Shown: piece by piece, positions 24,670 to 37,063 of the stretch
Numbering within the stretch: position 1 is the stretch's first letter
Layout of the letters: each line of letters begins with the position of its first letter
Origin: Bigelowiella natans CCMP2755
Lineage: Eukaryota; Protista; Cercozoa
Length of the DNA: 64,000 bases
NCBI GenBank assembly: GCA_000320545.1
Contig: ADNK01001400.1
Location: forward strand, 62,001-126,000
Direction: 5' to 3'
Position numbers and translations under genes: made by a program
Notes under the pieces: generated by a model
Database searches by the model: none
Seen by the model: the letters and a program-made list of their open reading frames with translations, nothing else
Told to the model about the DNA's origin: nothing

Positions 24670-27600
24670 ATGTCGGACAACGCAAAGAACAGCAAGAATA
24701 ATAATAATGAGGACTTGATTGGACAAACCTTCCCAGACAGGAAAACTACTAATGTCGAGAGGGGAGGAAATATGGTATCGAGGGGAGGACGACACTTGCA
24801 TCACCGCCGCTCCAATTCTGATAACGTCGAATCGAAACGATCCCAGAAGGTACACGGAGACGTAGTTACAGAGTTCGGTCGTGGAACCTTAATTCGAAGG
24901 CGAAAGGATGGCATATCTGTAGTCCAGCTTCGCTTCGGAGTTGCCTTTGTTTCCTCTTCCAAGGCACCTTCCCTAAAACTGAAAATTAAAAAAATACCCA
25001 AGTACCACACAATGGACAGTCGTGGCGGTGTTGAGTCTCAGCGGAGAATCAACAAGATGAAGAATTTCCTCCGTATAGACCGACAGCTTGCCAAGAATAT
25101 AGTTCGGTTTAAGCACAAGAACTCTACTGCGAGAGATCCAGTGAGGAAAGCACACGTGATACACCTGACTCGTGGCGGGTACTATTTACTACTCATCTCA
25201 CTTGTTACCCGTATGTGTATTGAGTCCTCCTTAGCATTCTCACGGCCATGTATGCATTCGTTTCTGTCTCAGGTATTACGTCCGTACAAGACTAGGGCCA
25301 ATTCAAGTTGGGATGCCGCCTGAAACTATAAAGGACAGCCTTTCGCAGGGACTGACTTTACCTACAAATTTCGTCATCCCGAGCGAGAGGTTCGATATGG
25401 AAAACGGGCTCAACTTGGCTGAGTTCGAGTTTCCGGCCTACTACAACTTCTTCATCCTCAGGAAGAAGATTAACTTAATCACCACGAAGGAGATAGCGGC
25501 CTCTATCCGAGAAATATTTCAAGAGACTTTACTAGGGCCGGAGAAAATAGAATTCCCTAAGAGATTTTCTGAGAAATGTCCCAAGGAGGCCTACCCCGAC
25601 CTCATGAAGGAGTTGTCGTTTTTCCGTATCAACCCTTTCACAAGAGAGACGTTACAAATCGACCAAATACTGCAGTTCACTTATTTTGATGAGAATGGAA
25701 TTGCCACCCTGGAGAAAGGCGTCACGGTGGAGGCACGCGGTGATCGATACATATTCCGCGAAAAGGGGAAGCCAGTAGCGGCCGTGTGCTCGAGCATTTT
25801 CCCGCACCCTCCAGAATCCTTCGATGGCAAGAACAAAATGATGGAGAGGAAACACCATCCAAGGGCAAGTCTTGTCATGCGCAACCCATCCGTACTCCTC
25901 AAAAAGCTCAGCTCACCCGTGAATAGAGGGAAGCGCCAATCTTCAGTGTTCGTTGGAGGACGGCGTCTGTCTTCTGGGGATTGCGCGCCAATTACAGGGT
26001 ACCGCTCAGTCTCTTTGCTGTTTCCCCACCTTAATCATTTTAAGGTTTCACTCGTGTTTACGTATTACACGGATTCGCTTGTTTGTTGCAATTACTGATC
26101 AATATATCACCAGATTCAAGCCCCCCTACTTTGGAATTACTATGCTTGGAAACTCCCATGGATTCGACCAAAATGGTAGTCGCGACAATAATAAACAGTC
26201 AATTTTGACTCGCAGGGGAGAGCCACGTAAGTCTCACCATTCTTCTCCTATTAGGAACCACCACTGGATTTGTTATTTGGGTAAATCGAAGAGGCATCAT
26301 GGTTGACCCCCCACCGTATTCATCGAGATATCTTCGTCTCTACGGTGATCTTCGATAGCTAGAAGCTAGAGGCGTAGAGGATGCTTAGTATTATCACAGC
26401 AGAAAATAAAAAGTTGTGATGGAGTTGATAGGCTCTTCTCAAACGTAGGTATTGCCCCAACATTGATCCGGGAAGTCATTCTTACACACTGCCACGCCGA
26501 CCATGACGCTGGGACGTTCCAAAAGATCTTGGAAGAGGTGGAAACCTTTCTGTACGATTGCTTTGAGTGACAGAACACATGCAGTATCCTCTGAGAGTCT
26601 GGACTGGGTGTATTATTATGCTTATTGCGTGGCGTTGTTTCTTTGTTTTTTTGTCAGCACCGGGTGACGCTCATGACAACACCAGTGATCTTCCAAAGCT
26701 TCTTACGTAAATACTCGGCCATATCCGGATTCTCGAAGAATTTTCTGCAGAAGCTTTTCATCTTCCGGCCCGTTACGATTGGGGTACAGACATATTCCAA
26801 GATTTTGGTTTCATTACCCCATTGTTTGTCTCTTTGTCACATGACTCATCAGGATTTTTGGATGAATCCTTTTGAAGTGTAAGGTGCTTTCTTCTTTCTG
26901 ATATTATTCTTCTCTCCCATAGGAACCGATTCCAGCACATGGAGGGAAATTGAATTTCTTTTATTCTCTGCATTCGATTCCATGCCTGGGTCTTGAAGTA
27001 TTTTTCAAGGGAAAGAGCATGGTCTATTCAGGTGCGATTGAGAGCTACTCCTATCATGTATCGTGCCTCTGCGGTATTTGAGTGTCGCGTAAGATTATGA
27101 CATTCTTCAGGCGACACGTTGAACCATGCTCCGAGCATCGAGAGTTTGTATGAAAAGGGTTTGATCTCTAAAGAGCGAAGAAAACAGGTAAAGTCGGTAT
27201 TTTCTTAGCAAAGGTGCTCGATTTAAAAATACTCTGGTTTGACTTACGATATGTAGTTGATGAATTTTCCGTGGGACCATGATGTCATCCTGCATGAGTG
27301 CGGGGTGCCACCCATCCATACGCCCGCGGAAACACTGAAGAATCTCGATGCCAAAATCAAGAAGAACCTGTACGTTGTCCACGTTGCGGAGAAATCGCTC
27401 AAACCAGGTGTGTGGTTCCTACCCAATATATCATTTCCTGAACATTATACATATACAAACCACCAGATCATATCGAAAGCTTACGTGTTATTGATGATTT
27501 GGTCATTCTAAGAATGGGGCTTGAAGGTGGCGAACGTGGGACCTACCAACACCATCATAATGACGTCAAAAGTAGACGCAAGGTTGTGACACAGCACAAG

Positions 27601-29070
27601 ATCGACACAGACTAACGAAGAGGGCTCAATTTTACATTGCCTAAATCTTACTATTACATTATCATTCATTGTTTGTCATTGTTCTAATTCAGTTTGAAAA
27701 CCATTGAGTTACTAGAGCTTATCCAAGGCGTCGAAATCTTCAGTTCATTGGGTATTGTTGACATAAAGAGATAGCAAACATACGACTGTTACGCGTATGA
27801 ATTCCTTTCTGGGAACGCTCAGGTCTGCAGAAGTCGTCTGAGCTTCTACAAAGCGCGAAGAGACGGACTGTGAGCAAGGACCAGTGCATTGTCACTGAAG
27901 GTGAGGCATGATAAAAGTGTATTTCAAGGCATCTTCTTATTGTATTTCATCTTCGAAGGAGATACAAGTAACTCATGCTTCTTGATCGCAATGGGATTCG
28001 TGAGCGTTGTTGAAGACAGGGGACCGGTACGCCTGCAGAACGATTTGTTTTTACTCCATATTGTTCATCCAAGCTCGAATTTAAAATAAAAGGTTAAACT
28101 ATTGATGGTTTGCGACACTTTTGGAGAGTTTGAAGCTATATTCGAGAAGCCCCACACAGCTACCTTCAGAGCCATAACAGGTAGAGATACGACATTTTTT
28201 AAGTTGATTTTTCAGAGTCAGATTTGGTCGGTTCGGGCAGGATGATAGCACCAATAATGTGTAATCAGACGTCGAATTAGTGGAGTTTCCGGGATCTACA
28301 TTGGGGTGGGTACTTCGAGACTCACCCACTCTAGAGGTAGTAACCACATAGAATCATTCTCGAATTTGTCACACGTTTTGTGCTCAATATAGATGATGGC
28401 CAAAGTCTCCAAAGTTCAAGAAGAAGATTGTTGGCAGGTAGTATTAACTGGATTTCTGCGCCACTCATGGTCGATTTCGTTGCGAGGGCATTGGCCAAGA
28501 ACATTTTGAATTCATGTGGGTTTGGACGTCACCAAAGCGTGTGTTTTTGCATCTTAATTCTCAGGCGATGCAAGCGAACACTTGTTTTGATTCATGGTCG
28601 GCATTAAAGCTCCGGCAGTTACAGTCGTGGATGTACAAAAAAGTGTACAAGGAAGGAGATGATGTTTGGGAAGCCAAACAAAGAGGTTTGTTGAAATTTT
28701 ATCCTGACAACACGTCAATTGCTAATTCAAAATTTTCATTTGCAGCGGAAATTTCAGTCCTAGTCGCCCATGGACGTTTTGTGTATGACAATAGTGACCA
28801 AATCCATCCGTTTGAAAGAGGGGCTTTCATTGGTACAAGAAGCTACTTACTCATCGCCAATGGTTGTAATAAGCATGTTCATTTTTTGCAGGCGAGTTTC
28901 CAAAATTAGTCGATTTTGCTGATGAAGAACCGAAAACTGATCTGACGACTACTCTTCGCTGCATTGAACCTGGATATTGTTTCGTTTTACCGAAGGAGGG
29001 ATTGCAAAAATTCTTCGAGATCAATCCTGGCGCAATGTTGCAGTTCATAAACAGAAATTTCATAGAGTAA
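24670..29070 (+). CDS. Metallo-beta-lactamase-fold cyclic nucleotide phosphodiesterase with C-terminal cNMP-binding domains (Dictyostelium PdeD/GbpA, PdeE/GbpB type), many exons
   Basis: GPIQVGMPPETIKD, EFEFPAYYNFF, LGNSHGFD, GIMVDPPP, ILTHCHADHDAGTFQKILEE, FYSLHSIP, YSGDT and ILHECGVPPIHTP. These are followed by cNMP-binding-like exons (GDTSNSCFLIAMG; FERGAFIGE) and the end QFINRNFIE-TAA. Confidence 0.85.
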
Positions 29071-29413
29071 AATTTTCAGAGAAATGCATGAGGGTTATCT
29101 TGATCATCAATCTCTCCAACGATCCAGGCAAGATCGCACATGCATGCGTACATCGTAAGTGATTTAATCGGCCGCTGAGAGTTTTGGCAAAATGATCGTC
29201 AAACAAAGAAATGCACTGCATCAAATAAATGAACTAATCAGTCAAAATTACCGAGCAAATTTTAATGGATGGTCTGTCAGTCATTTTTCTCTCTTTCTTT
29301 CTTTCTTTCTTTCTTTCTTGATCTCTCTTCTGCGTGCGTGGCTGTGCATGTGTTCACATGAATGAATGTGATCGATGACGCGCGCACATGCACATGACAG
29401 ATGGGCGGGGCGA

Positions 29414-29879
29414 TCATCCAAATTCTTCGATGATTTTCTCCACATCTGCATTCCGCCTTTCAATGTTCCAAAACATAACCTGATCCTGTGATGACACGCA
29501 TTCGCCATGCACATGATTCTGGCACAGCTGGACAGGACACGTCGACGTGTGCTTGTCACACGCTGCACCAGCAGTTTTGTAGTTTGACATTCACCATGCC
29601 AGCATGATCCAAACTGTCCGCAACCAGCGAGCGGCCAAAACTCCCAACTTTCCATTCGCCGTTAGCGTTGCCGCCTCGGCCCATTTCCACGATTTCATGT
29701 GGCCACATGGCTGTGCGAATTGAACAAGCACGCACGTGATGAACCTCATTGCCCTCATGAGTGCCATGCAACGTGCGCGTGTGCGTGCTTGCGCAGCGAA
29801 TCACATGGGAGACGTGCGTGCACTTGCACGTGGTTGCGCCCACAATGAGCAAAAATCATTGCGAGGATTTGTCAGCACC
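29414..29879 (-). pseudogene. Three-exon 3' relic of an unknown protein gene inside a TpA-purged island
   Basis: Exons 29879-29830, 29710-29562 and 29485-29414 join via GT-AG introns with matching phases to VLTNPRNDFCSLWAQPPMWPHEIVEMGRGGNANGEWKVGSFGRSLVADSLDHAGMVNVKLQNCWCSDQVMFWNIERRNADVEKIIEEFG*. No Tyr, and no 5' end found. Confidence 0.65.
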
Positions 29880-29967
29880 CTGTTGGTGGTGATGGTCAAA
29901 ACTGGCTGGTGTCAACTGGCAGAAGCTGGTTGAGCTGGAAGTGGTGTGGTCGTGAGGTCCGCAGCGG

Positions 29968-30362
29968 GAAACAATGAAACACTGACGATGACAAACTGCA
30001 CTTCCAAAGTGTTGCAAGACGCAGTGCCTCGAACAAGAACAAGAACAGGAACAACAATGAAAACTAGCTTCAGTGAGGACTAACTGGTGAAACCAGCAGG
30101 ATTTCAAAAAATTGGCATTCTAGTCATTGTGGAGCAGTGCAACTAGCAGCAATGTGACAGCGACGCAAAGCACCTCCTCCAAGCAGGTGTCCAATGTTTT
30201 TTCTTAGGAACTTCCTGAAGGCTGCATCCACGCGATGGTCCACGGTCGGGTCGTCCGGAACAATGAAACAATGATGACAAACCACATTTCCAAAACGTCA
30301 CAAGACATTTGCAGTGTGCGAAACGCAGTGCCTCGAACTAGCTTCAGTGAGGACTAACTGGT
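29968..30362. repeat. Diverged direct duplication (~29968-30087 vs ~30258-30362)
   Basis: Shared ACAATGAAACA, GCAGTGCCTCGAAC and ACTAGCTTCAGTGAGGACTAACTGGT blocks. Confidence 0.85.
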
Positions 30363-30654
30363 CCGAGGGCAGTGGGACATCGGACGGGCAGCATCGAATA
30401 GATTACGATGTCGTTCACATCAAAACGACATGCGTTTTATCTCGAAATACATTGCAGATCTAATAGCGCGTTATTTCTTGTCGTTCATGTCAAAACGACT
30501 TTCGTTTCTCGCAGTTCCTTGCAGAGCAGCGTGTGAGCAACTTCAGTGATCCAACATCGGGGGGGTGAGGAATGGTAGCAATTGGCATGTCAAGGGGAGT
30601 TTAATCCTTGTGACCTAGGGAACGCATCGTACAACTCATAGCCGCGAATAAAGT

Positions 30655-32457
30655 ATGAACGACGTGCAGCAGAAGCTGGAGGAATGGGCCCGCAAGCGTG
30701 CCGAGAGACAAGCAAAGAAGGGAACGAAAATTGGGGAGGTTTACGATAGAATCAGACGTGGAGAGTCGGCTCATGGCATGCGAATGCCTCGCAAGGGTAG
30801 TAAAGGCCGCAGAGGGAGAAAAGACTCTGGAGTTTCCAAAGAAGTACACGGATTTTGGAATTATTCTATTTAAAACTAAAAAGATGGTGGTGTTATATAG
30901 GGGGAATACTGGAAGAACTTCTGGGGTAAAGTTGAAGATCTTAGAATAAAAGCCAAAGCACGGGATCCGTCAGCAAAAAAAGAGAAAGTATTGCACCCTT
31001 GTTCTGAACATCCAGATCAATTCCCCACATGATAAGTGTTAACTTAAATCAGGAGACGCACGGTTTAAACGGTTTAAAGGGAAGAAAGGAAGTTATGGAA
31101 TCTTCGTTTAAAGTTGAAAGAGTGAATCTAGATCTCCACAGGTTTGATAGAATTGAATTTGAGATTTGGTAGTCAGATTGAAATAGACCTGAATATGAGA
31201 CGTTCACGTTAGTAACAATGGCGACTGGAAATCTGGCTCGAATGCAGAAAAAAATTTGGAAAAACTTTTCGGAAGGAAGGGAAAGAAAAAGTACGTTAAA
31301 GTTTCATCAGTATGATGATACTATTACATTCGCAACGGATTTATTACAAATGAAGCTGAATTAATTTATTGGTTCATTTTGAATGTTGTTTTATTCAGAG
31401 CCGAGAAAACTGAAGTGTCCAACGCAGTGAAGGAAAAATTGAGATATTACCGTGACCTTGCAAGAAAGGAACTCGAGAGACGAAAATCTACCCAGTATAA
31501 TAAGGAACCAAAGCCAGAAAAGATTCATAGACGGGAGCATAGTTCGTCAGAAGTCCCAACGAGCAACATGGAACGTTTTTTTAAAGAGGAGATGAAAAGA
31601 TATGAAGACGCTAAAAAAAAGAAAAAGTCAAAATACAACATTCCTCGGCATATGGACGAGGCCAGGGAAACCTGTAAGAAATTTGAGGTGCGTTATTTAT
31701 GTGGGTGATAATCTATTTTGATCATTGATTACAGTTGTATCCACAGAAAGATGTAAATGCACGATGGTCGAAGTATGAGAAAGAACCAGGAGAAACACCT
31801 GGGAAACGTACTGAAGTTCAGAAATCCAAGACACCATCACCAAAATTTGAGAAAACCTCTGCTTCGGCGTATAGCAACCAAGGTATAATTGTACAGGAAT
31901 ACCTATGTGGCGCGAGATTCATATTCGGTATATACTAGGTGTTTCGCTGCCTTCGAAGTACGCGGCACTCTCAGTCAAGGAACTGGTGATGAGGTTGAAA
32001 AAGTTGAAGATTTCTACCGTGGGAGTTAGAGAGAAAAAGGATCTAGTTGATAAACTAGTAGAGGCAGAACAAATTGAGGAGGAGAAGCAGGCCGTGGAAA
32101 GAAAGAAAAAAGGTGCATACTTAAAAATTTGGAATATAAATTTGTGTTCATAGTCATCATAAACTTTCAGAGAAGAAGGAGCTAGAGGAAAGGATAATAA
32201 AAGAGGTCCGACGTTGGGCTCGAGGGAAAGGCATCAAAGAACTTCTAAATGAATTGCATGGAAAGCCTCGTGGACATCCACACCACCTAACTAGACTCTC
32301 CGCATTTCAACAAGTGTCCAAGATTTACAAGCGAGTGCTTGTGAAAATACACCCTGATAAGAACATGAGCACTTTTGAAAAATTGACAAGGGCCACGGAG
32401 CGGTTCAAAATAGTGAACGCTCTGTTCAATTCGTACAAAATGAGACAGAATGATTAG
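30655..32457 (+). CDS. Auxilin-like C-terminal J-domain protein with a SAP/LEM-like helical motif, multi-exon
   Basis: LSVKELVMRLKKLKISTVGVREKKDLVDKL, EVRRWARGKGIKELLNEL, and VSKIYKRVLVKIHPDKN...ATERFKIVNALFNSY (HPD motif at the C-terminus). Confidence 0.75.
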
Positions 32458-33583
32458 CAGTCCCAGCATGCAAATCAAGAAAGGAAAAAATTGATGTCAA
32501 CACGACTTTGTCTCCACAAATCAGAAGAGCTGAAGGGCCATCCGGTGCGTGGTGACACAACTGTGAGCCGTGATGTGCACAGAGACATGAATCGAGCTGA
32601 GGACGCACGCGCCCATGCATCGCAATGTGCGTGTGCAGAGCCGAAACGTGCACATTCATGACTTTGTGAATCGCTGCTTGCACCAGTGCATTGTGCCTGC
32701 TGCGTGTGATGAACCTCACATTCTAGCATTGCCCTGCCAAATGGATGGATGACGTGCAGTTGCTGATGTGGTGCCACATTGCAGATGGATTTTTCTGCAC
32801 ACGTGGTGCGTGCGTGGTGGCAGCCGCTCCACAGAGCTCGATCGAACATAACAGCCACGCAAGCACGCCTAGACGCCCAGACGCGCGCACACTTCGAAAT
32901 GCCATGTGCAAGTGTGTGTCACCGTGCTGCTGATCCACGCTAGCTAGCTAGCACGTTCGAATGTGCTAGGAAACAATCACACGTTATTAATCGATTGGAT
33001 GAGTGAATGGATGAACGACTGTGGTTCAGTCGGCACCAACAAACAAGATCGATGCACTTGTGCTGCTGGGCTGGCGCAGCCAGGGCCGAGGATGCTCCCC
33101 TGAGCAAACAATTGACAAGCAAGAGCGAGAGCAAACACGTGCTTCACAATCGTTTGGTCGTGGAACACAGCACTGAATCCTGATTTGAACTAATGATTGG
33201 AATGTTTCCAACGACGGTGCAGCCGCCGAGAGAAAGGAGGAACGAGTGTGGCGAGTGTGGCTGAATGAATGGATGCAGTGTTCAAAGGAAGTGTTAGGTT
33301 CCATCTCCTCAAAGCACAGTGTCAAATCATTCCATTGATTGATTGATTGATTGAGTGGACGAATGAATGAATTGGTTCCATTGGTGCAGCCGAGGGGATC
33401 ATCAGAGGTGCTCAAGTTCCGCCTCCTCAACCAGCAAGACTAGGGAGAAAAGGGAAAAGACGAATTTTCTGTGGAATCTTCGGGTAAAACCCATTGCATT
33501 TTTACTCTGCGACACGAATATATAGCACTTTCAACTCGGAACCCCGTGGTAGATCGGAAGCGAAAGTCACCCGAGCTGCAACG

Positions 33584-34868
33584 ATGAGGGGGAGGGCGGG
33601 GGGGTCGCAGGGTCCGCCGTGCGGTGACGGAAGCTCCAAATGTGTCTCAGTGGAATTCATCGGTTCAGACCGGGCGACGGGAATGGCGCTCATCCATCCC
33701 GCGAGCGAGCATCCGCGGGCCATCGAGATGCTGAGAGAGCTCGACACCGTGCTCCGCAAGCGGTTGGTGAAGAAACTCTTCGACCGGATGATTCAGGACG
33801 AAGACGAGTCCCTGCGATTGATTCAAGGCGCGCGCTACGAGATTTTCATCCAAGCGAGATGGAAACCATCAACAGCCTTTGATATCGTGACGGGGAAGTA
33901 CATGTCCAAGGGATTTAGCAAAGCTGCAATCCTTCGCTATGCTAGGCACCAGGCCATGAGGGATCCTCGCCTGAATGCCCGCGGTGACGATATATATTTT
34001 TCCTTTCAAAATGCTTGTTTGCGATAACGTGGTGTGAAAATATGGGGCGGAAATGGAGCTGGTTCTCATGTTCAACCTCTTGCGCCAGCATCCCCCACAC
34101 ATAGATAAAGCTCGTCGCTTCTAAGATTCATCAACGTACGAATCCTAATCTTCCACGCCCTCTTATTTTTTCTCTTCTTTTCTTCCTTCTTCTTCTTCAT
34201 CTTCTTCTTCTTCTCCTTCACCTCCTCCTCATCCTCTTCTCTAGGCCAGAAGTATGCATTCGGCAACTACTCCATGATCATGAACTATGAGCCCGTACCT
34301 GCACAGGCCCCTCACATCGACCTCCTCTCCCCAAGCTATCAGTTCGGCCTCGTCGTGACCGACAAAATTCCTGGCACACTCTTTCACGAGGGTAATACTC
34401 ATATTCAAACGGTGGGATCCCTAATAAACACATGGCGTAGGCAGCCGTTCGGAGGGCCGCCGCCGAAGCTGGCCGAAGTGTTAGCCAAAGAGCAGCGTGC
34501 GCGTGTCCTTCTCCGTGACTTTGGCGACGTGCTGGCCTCATCATCCACGTATAACTGCATGAGAAATCACTCCTCGGTAAGCACAGGGTCGCTGATTTCT
34601 CTGCCCGGAAGCGTGGTGCACGCGGGGCCGGGAACGTCAGCGTTTCGAGCGGTGATTTTCTTTAGCGCGTCGCCAAAGGCTTGCGGCGTGGAGGAGTACC
34701 ATCCTGACACGCAGTAATAGAGAATACAACACTAATGACTCTCGATCATGATTTACGCGTGATCTCTTTTTTTTTTTGCTTTTCCCTTTATTTTTTCCTT
34801 CTTAAACAGACGAGCATGTCACATTCACTGGCATGTTTATCGAAAAATCTAAATTGCTGCGACGAACG

Positions 34869-34924
<56 letters not shown>

Positions 34925-35403
34925 TACACACACGCGCGCATAGTACATAATATTGTAATAGCATGCGTTGTTGGAGCCTGGGTGGGGGCATGAATATAAA
35001 AGTCCATCTCATCACTGTCTATCTTCCCCTCTTGGGTAGGTACTCTAGCGTCCTTCTAAGCGGCCATCTCGTGAGCTTGATGTGGCGTCAGGAAGGCGTG
35101 GGACCAGTGGAGCGACGTTACCTTCTCACAATGCTAGCAAGCCAGATTGAAGACTGCCCTATCAGAGGCCTTTGGAGCCATTTTAGTCAGGTGACTGATA
35201 TTTATCGCCGCCCACGCAACGATGCATATGTCTTGGTTGATACTACACCTGGACTATCCTCATTATACTCGAGTTACCGCTCCATTTGCAACGAGAACAT
35301 GTCAGCGTCGCTTCTGCGTCCATTGAAAGGCGTGGCAACGACAATGCGCCAGTGTGAAAGCACTGCGGGCACAAAGATACATGCTATTTACAATGCGTGT
35401 TTC

Positions 35404-35445
<42 letters not shown>

Positions 35446-36189
35446 TCTCATTCTATGCCCATTTAATTTGAAAATCTTTATTAATGTTGATGAGAATGAT
35501 GGTAACATCAAATGTAGGGAGACTTCTCCGAGTTCATCCGCCGAATCGAGGTCGGGAGATTCCCGAGGGGCGTTCGGACGCGCGCCGCGTACATCGCGTC
35601 TTGCGCTGAGCAGCCCGCACTGTGTAGCTCCTCCTGCCAGCCCTTTCAAGATGAGAAAGTCGTCGAGATGAGCAATCTCACAAGAGTCTCCGCAGAGGGC
35701 CTCTACACCATGTGGGATGGCCGTGCACACGAGGTTGTGGTCTACCGACGAGGTGGTGGGGACAGCGCCAAAGTGCTCCTCTATTACCCCCCCCGCGAGG
35801 AAGACTTAAAGACCGGCGACGACAACGCCGCTCACATGTGGGAGGGGCTTAATGAGGGGGACTGCTATCGGCTGGAGATGCACCGGGAGGGGGAGGAAGG
35901 AGAGGAGGAGGAGGGGGAGTTAATGATGATGGACTTCAAGTTCGACGGGTCCAACGGGGTGTTACGAGATTCTGATGGAAAAGAGATTCGATGCAGCACG
36001 AGAAAACATCCCCCCCTCCTAACCAGTTCCTCGGCATTTGTTCGGAGGAGAAAGAGAAAGAGAGGTGCAGATTCAGTGGCTTCAGGTGTGACGCACGGCG
36101 ATTCATCAGCGAGGTTCCTTGTGACGACATCAGCGGCGCAACCGGTTGGCAAACAAAGGAGACGACGATCGAGGAAACAATTTCAATGA
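33584..36189 (+). CDS. Putative 2OG-Fe(II) dioxygenase (PhyH-like fold) with basic NLS-like C-terminus, multi-exon
   Basis: QAPHID (HxD) ... SLPGSVVHAGP (distal His) ... FRAVIFF (Arg) in exon ~34245-34714. The C-terminus contains RRRKRKR and KQRRRRSRK. Confidence 0.6.
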
Positions 36190-36851
36190 TGGCCGAAGCT
36201 CTGAAAGCGAACAAAATTGAGGCTGTGACCGCACACTATGATGCATGCAAACACGCACCTCAGCTGTCAGTATTGAGCGAAACTGGCTCAAACCGAAGTG
36301 TTTCACATTATAACATTGACGTTTCACCGCAGCGCAAGCACAGGCATCGCTGAATCGTGCCAGTCTAGCAGTGGCCCGGCATTTTTTTTTTCACCACCAC
36401 GTCTAGACGTGCTAGCGTGTGCACAGCGCTAGTGCACTAGAGCGACCACAATTGCAACACGTGTCCCGTGCATTGCGCGCGATGTGACAGCCAAGCACAC
36501 CGCAAAGGGCCAGCTGGCGATCCTTTCACGTGTGAGGACTGGAGGAGCTGATGCACGCTGATCGACAAGCATCCCTTCTGGCCTTGTTCGTCCCAGATCA
36601 AGCACAGAATCACAGTGGCAGTGTCAATAGGCCGACGCAACACCAGTGCAATCAGTGCGAGCTTCACCGCTAGGTCACGCTGCGTGTGGTGTGCTGCTGT
36701 GGACTGTCGATCGCGCCTGCTAGCCTGGCTAGCTAGCTAGCTGGTGAGCCAGTGAGCTAGCTGGTGAGCCAGTGAGGGCCAGAGGGTGGCCGCACTTTCA
36801 CGCACCACCACACGACATTGCAGCAGCGTCGCAAAAGTGAATGAATCCATC

Positions 36852-37063
36852 GAAGCGGTTCGGCAGGAACAGTTGAAAGGGTCGTGTGCCACGCTGACTC
36901 ACATGCCCGTGACCTGACGAACTGGATCCCCGAAGCAAGACATTGGTGCATCGCATCACATGAGCGAACTAATGGGTGACAGAAGCAGTTCATCAGGAGC
37001 AGCTGAGAGGATCATGACTCACGCCAACTCATCCGTGACCTCCCCAATCAACTGGATTCCCTG
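36852..37063. repeat. Diverged tandem duplication, period ~130 bp
   Basis: GAAGCGGTTCGGCAGGAACAGTTGAAAGGGTCGTG...CCGTGACCT...AACTGGAT vs GAAGCAGTTCATCAGGAGCAGCTGAGAGGATCATG...CCGTGACCT...AACTGGAT. Confidence 0.7.

Noticed and set aside
29281-29655. ORF with LAGCGQFGSCWHGEC resembling a kinase glycine loop
   Set aside because: It is an alternative frame of the spliced relic exon, and no other kinase motifs follow.
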